From contig JAHDYR010000062.1 of the NCBI GenBank assembly GCA_019828565.1, positions 1,312,421-1,376,420 on the forward strand: a stretch of 64,000 nt of DNA, written 5' to 3'. Below the pieces are notes generated by a model. That model saw only the letters and a program-made list of their open reading frames with translations. It searched no databases and was not told where the DNA came from. Positions 63,272-64,000 of this stretch are shown here, one piece after another (positions within the stretch are counted from its first letter, which is position 1; every line of letters begins with the position of its first letter). A program made the position numbers and the translations under genes. The DNA is from Carpediemonas membranifera BICM. Taxonomy: Eukaryota > Protista > Fornicata.

Positions 63272-64000
63272 TCAATCTCTAGTCTGCTCATGGATGTAGA
63301 TGGGGACCCTGCTCGTGTCCATGACTTGGTGTCTGTTCGCGAGGGCGTCTATCCGTCGTGCTAGCGACTCGAGAGTCAGAGTTTTGGCATGCCCGTTGCC
63401 GAGGTCGATCTGGAGCTGCGAGGTGAGAGGTTCGGTCGGCGAAAGGTCCTGGGCACCGGATTCGACACGGAGACTGGCTGTGAGGGGATCAACGTCGTCG
63501 CCAACGATGCCTGATATGTCAATCTGGATGCGATAACGCGCCCCTCCGACAAGTCGACCGGCCCTGATCTGGGACTCAAGGCCGGTCACTCCAGTCACAC
63601 GACGCTCAGTAGAGATGCCGAAGGACGATGTCCCCAAGTTTCCCGAAGAGAACATCGACACTGAACGATCGCCCAAAGTTGACGACTGCCTCGGCCTGTG
63701 TGAACATACCGCCACGGGTGATGGAGTCCGGCCGACCCTGAAGCTGAAGCTGCTGCCGCTGATGTAGCCGTCATTAATGGCTGGAGAGTGCGGGTTGGGA
63801 GTCTGAGGAATTCCGGAAATGTATGAATCAGCAACCGACTGTGGTTCTTTGTGGCGACGGAATCGTCCCCTAAGCCTCGCCCCGGTCCTGAAAAATCCAG
63901 TTGCGGAACCCTTCACCGATCGCCCAAGCAGGGTCGACCCGCCATGGGCTGAGAACTTCGCACCACTGCTGAACCCGCTGATTGAGGACGAGATAGAAGA
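63272..64000 (-). CDS. Partial hypothetical protein (5' end probably outside window)
   Basis: Ser/Gly-rich open frame ending at 63272. Confidence 0.45.
   Translation of the reverse strand, partial: SSISSSISGFSSGAKFSAHGGSTLLGRSVKGSATGFFRTGARLRGRFRRHKEPQSVADSYISGIPQTPNPHSPAINDGYISGSSFSFRVGRTPSPVAVCSHRPRQSSTLGDRSVSMFSSGNLGTSSFGISTERRVTGVTGLESQIRAGRLVGGARYRIQIDISGIVGDDVDPLTASLRVESGAQDLSPTEPLTSQLQIDLGNGHAKTLTLESLARRIDALANRHQVMDTSRVPIYIHEQTRD

Noticed and set aside
1-64000. tRNA, rRNA or snRNA genes
   Set aside because: None recognised by eye; a tRNAscan-SE/Infernal run would be needed to exclude them.

Overview
Gene-dense, GC-rich eukaryotic genomic DNA with very short intergenic spacers and rare 28-34 nt GT-AG introns. 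This points to a compact protist genome; a fornicate metamonad such as Carpediemonas is my inference, not something the sequence proves. About 40 protein genes are recognisable, including an RCC1-repeat protein, SURF6, LPCAT, DPH5, SUMO, kinesin-1, CSN5, RPS20, RPB9, NSUN5, a TIS11-type CCCH protein, gamma-glutamyl hydrolase, a serpin, MRE11, EFL1, a membrane HECT E3, an ABCC transporter, PDI, DDX31/DBP7, Hikeshi, IQUB, ARPC4, an Ima1-like protein, DUF523, an Sm-like protein and an EH-domain protein. The standout is a Fanzor (eukaryotic TnpB-like RNA-guided RuvC nuclease) mobile system. It has a near-complete ~636-aa Fanzor1-type gene (47630->45717, two indels in simple repeats) and a second divergent C-terminal copy (4830-5656). 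An invariant 19-nt right end (GTGTTTATACTGCGCAACA) occurs five times and lies downstream of both nuclease genes, where an omegaRNA scaffold/guide boundary is expected. The host elements have TGT...ACA termini and repeated 5-bp target-site duplications, include 39-43 bp micro-elements, form a head-to-tail three-end cluster at 4.7-6.1 kb, and carry the conserved C-terminus of an unidentified partner protein on the strand opposite Fanzor. Other notable items are a receptor-like Kelch/EGF-5TM-HECT ligase, a capping-enzyme-fold pseudoenzyme, a likely laterally acquired DUF523, and a recurrent GCA(G/C)TTTA upstream motif.
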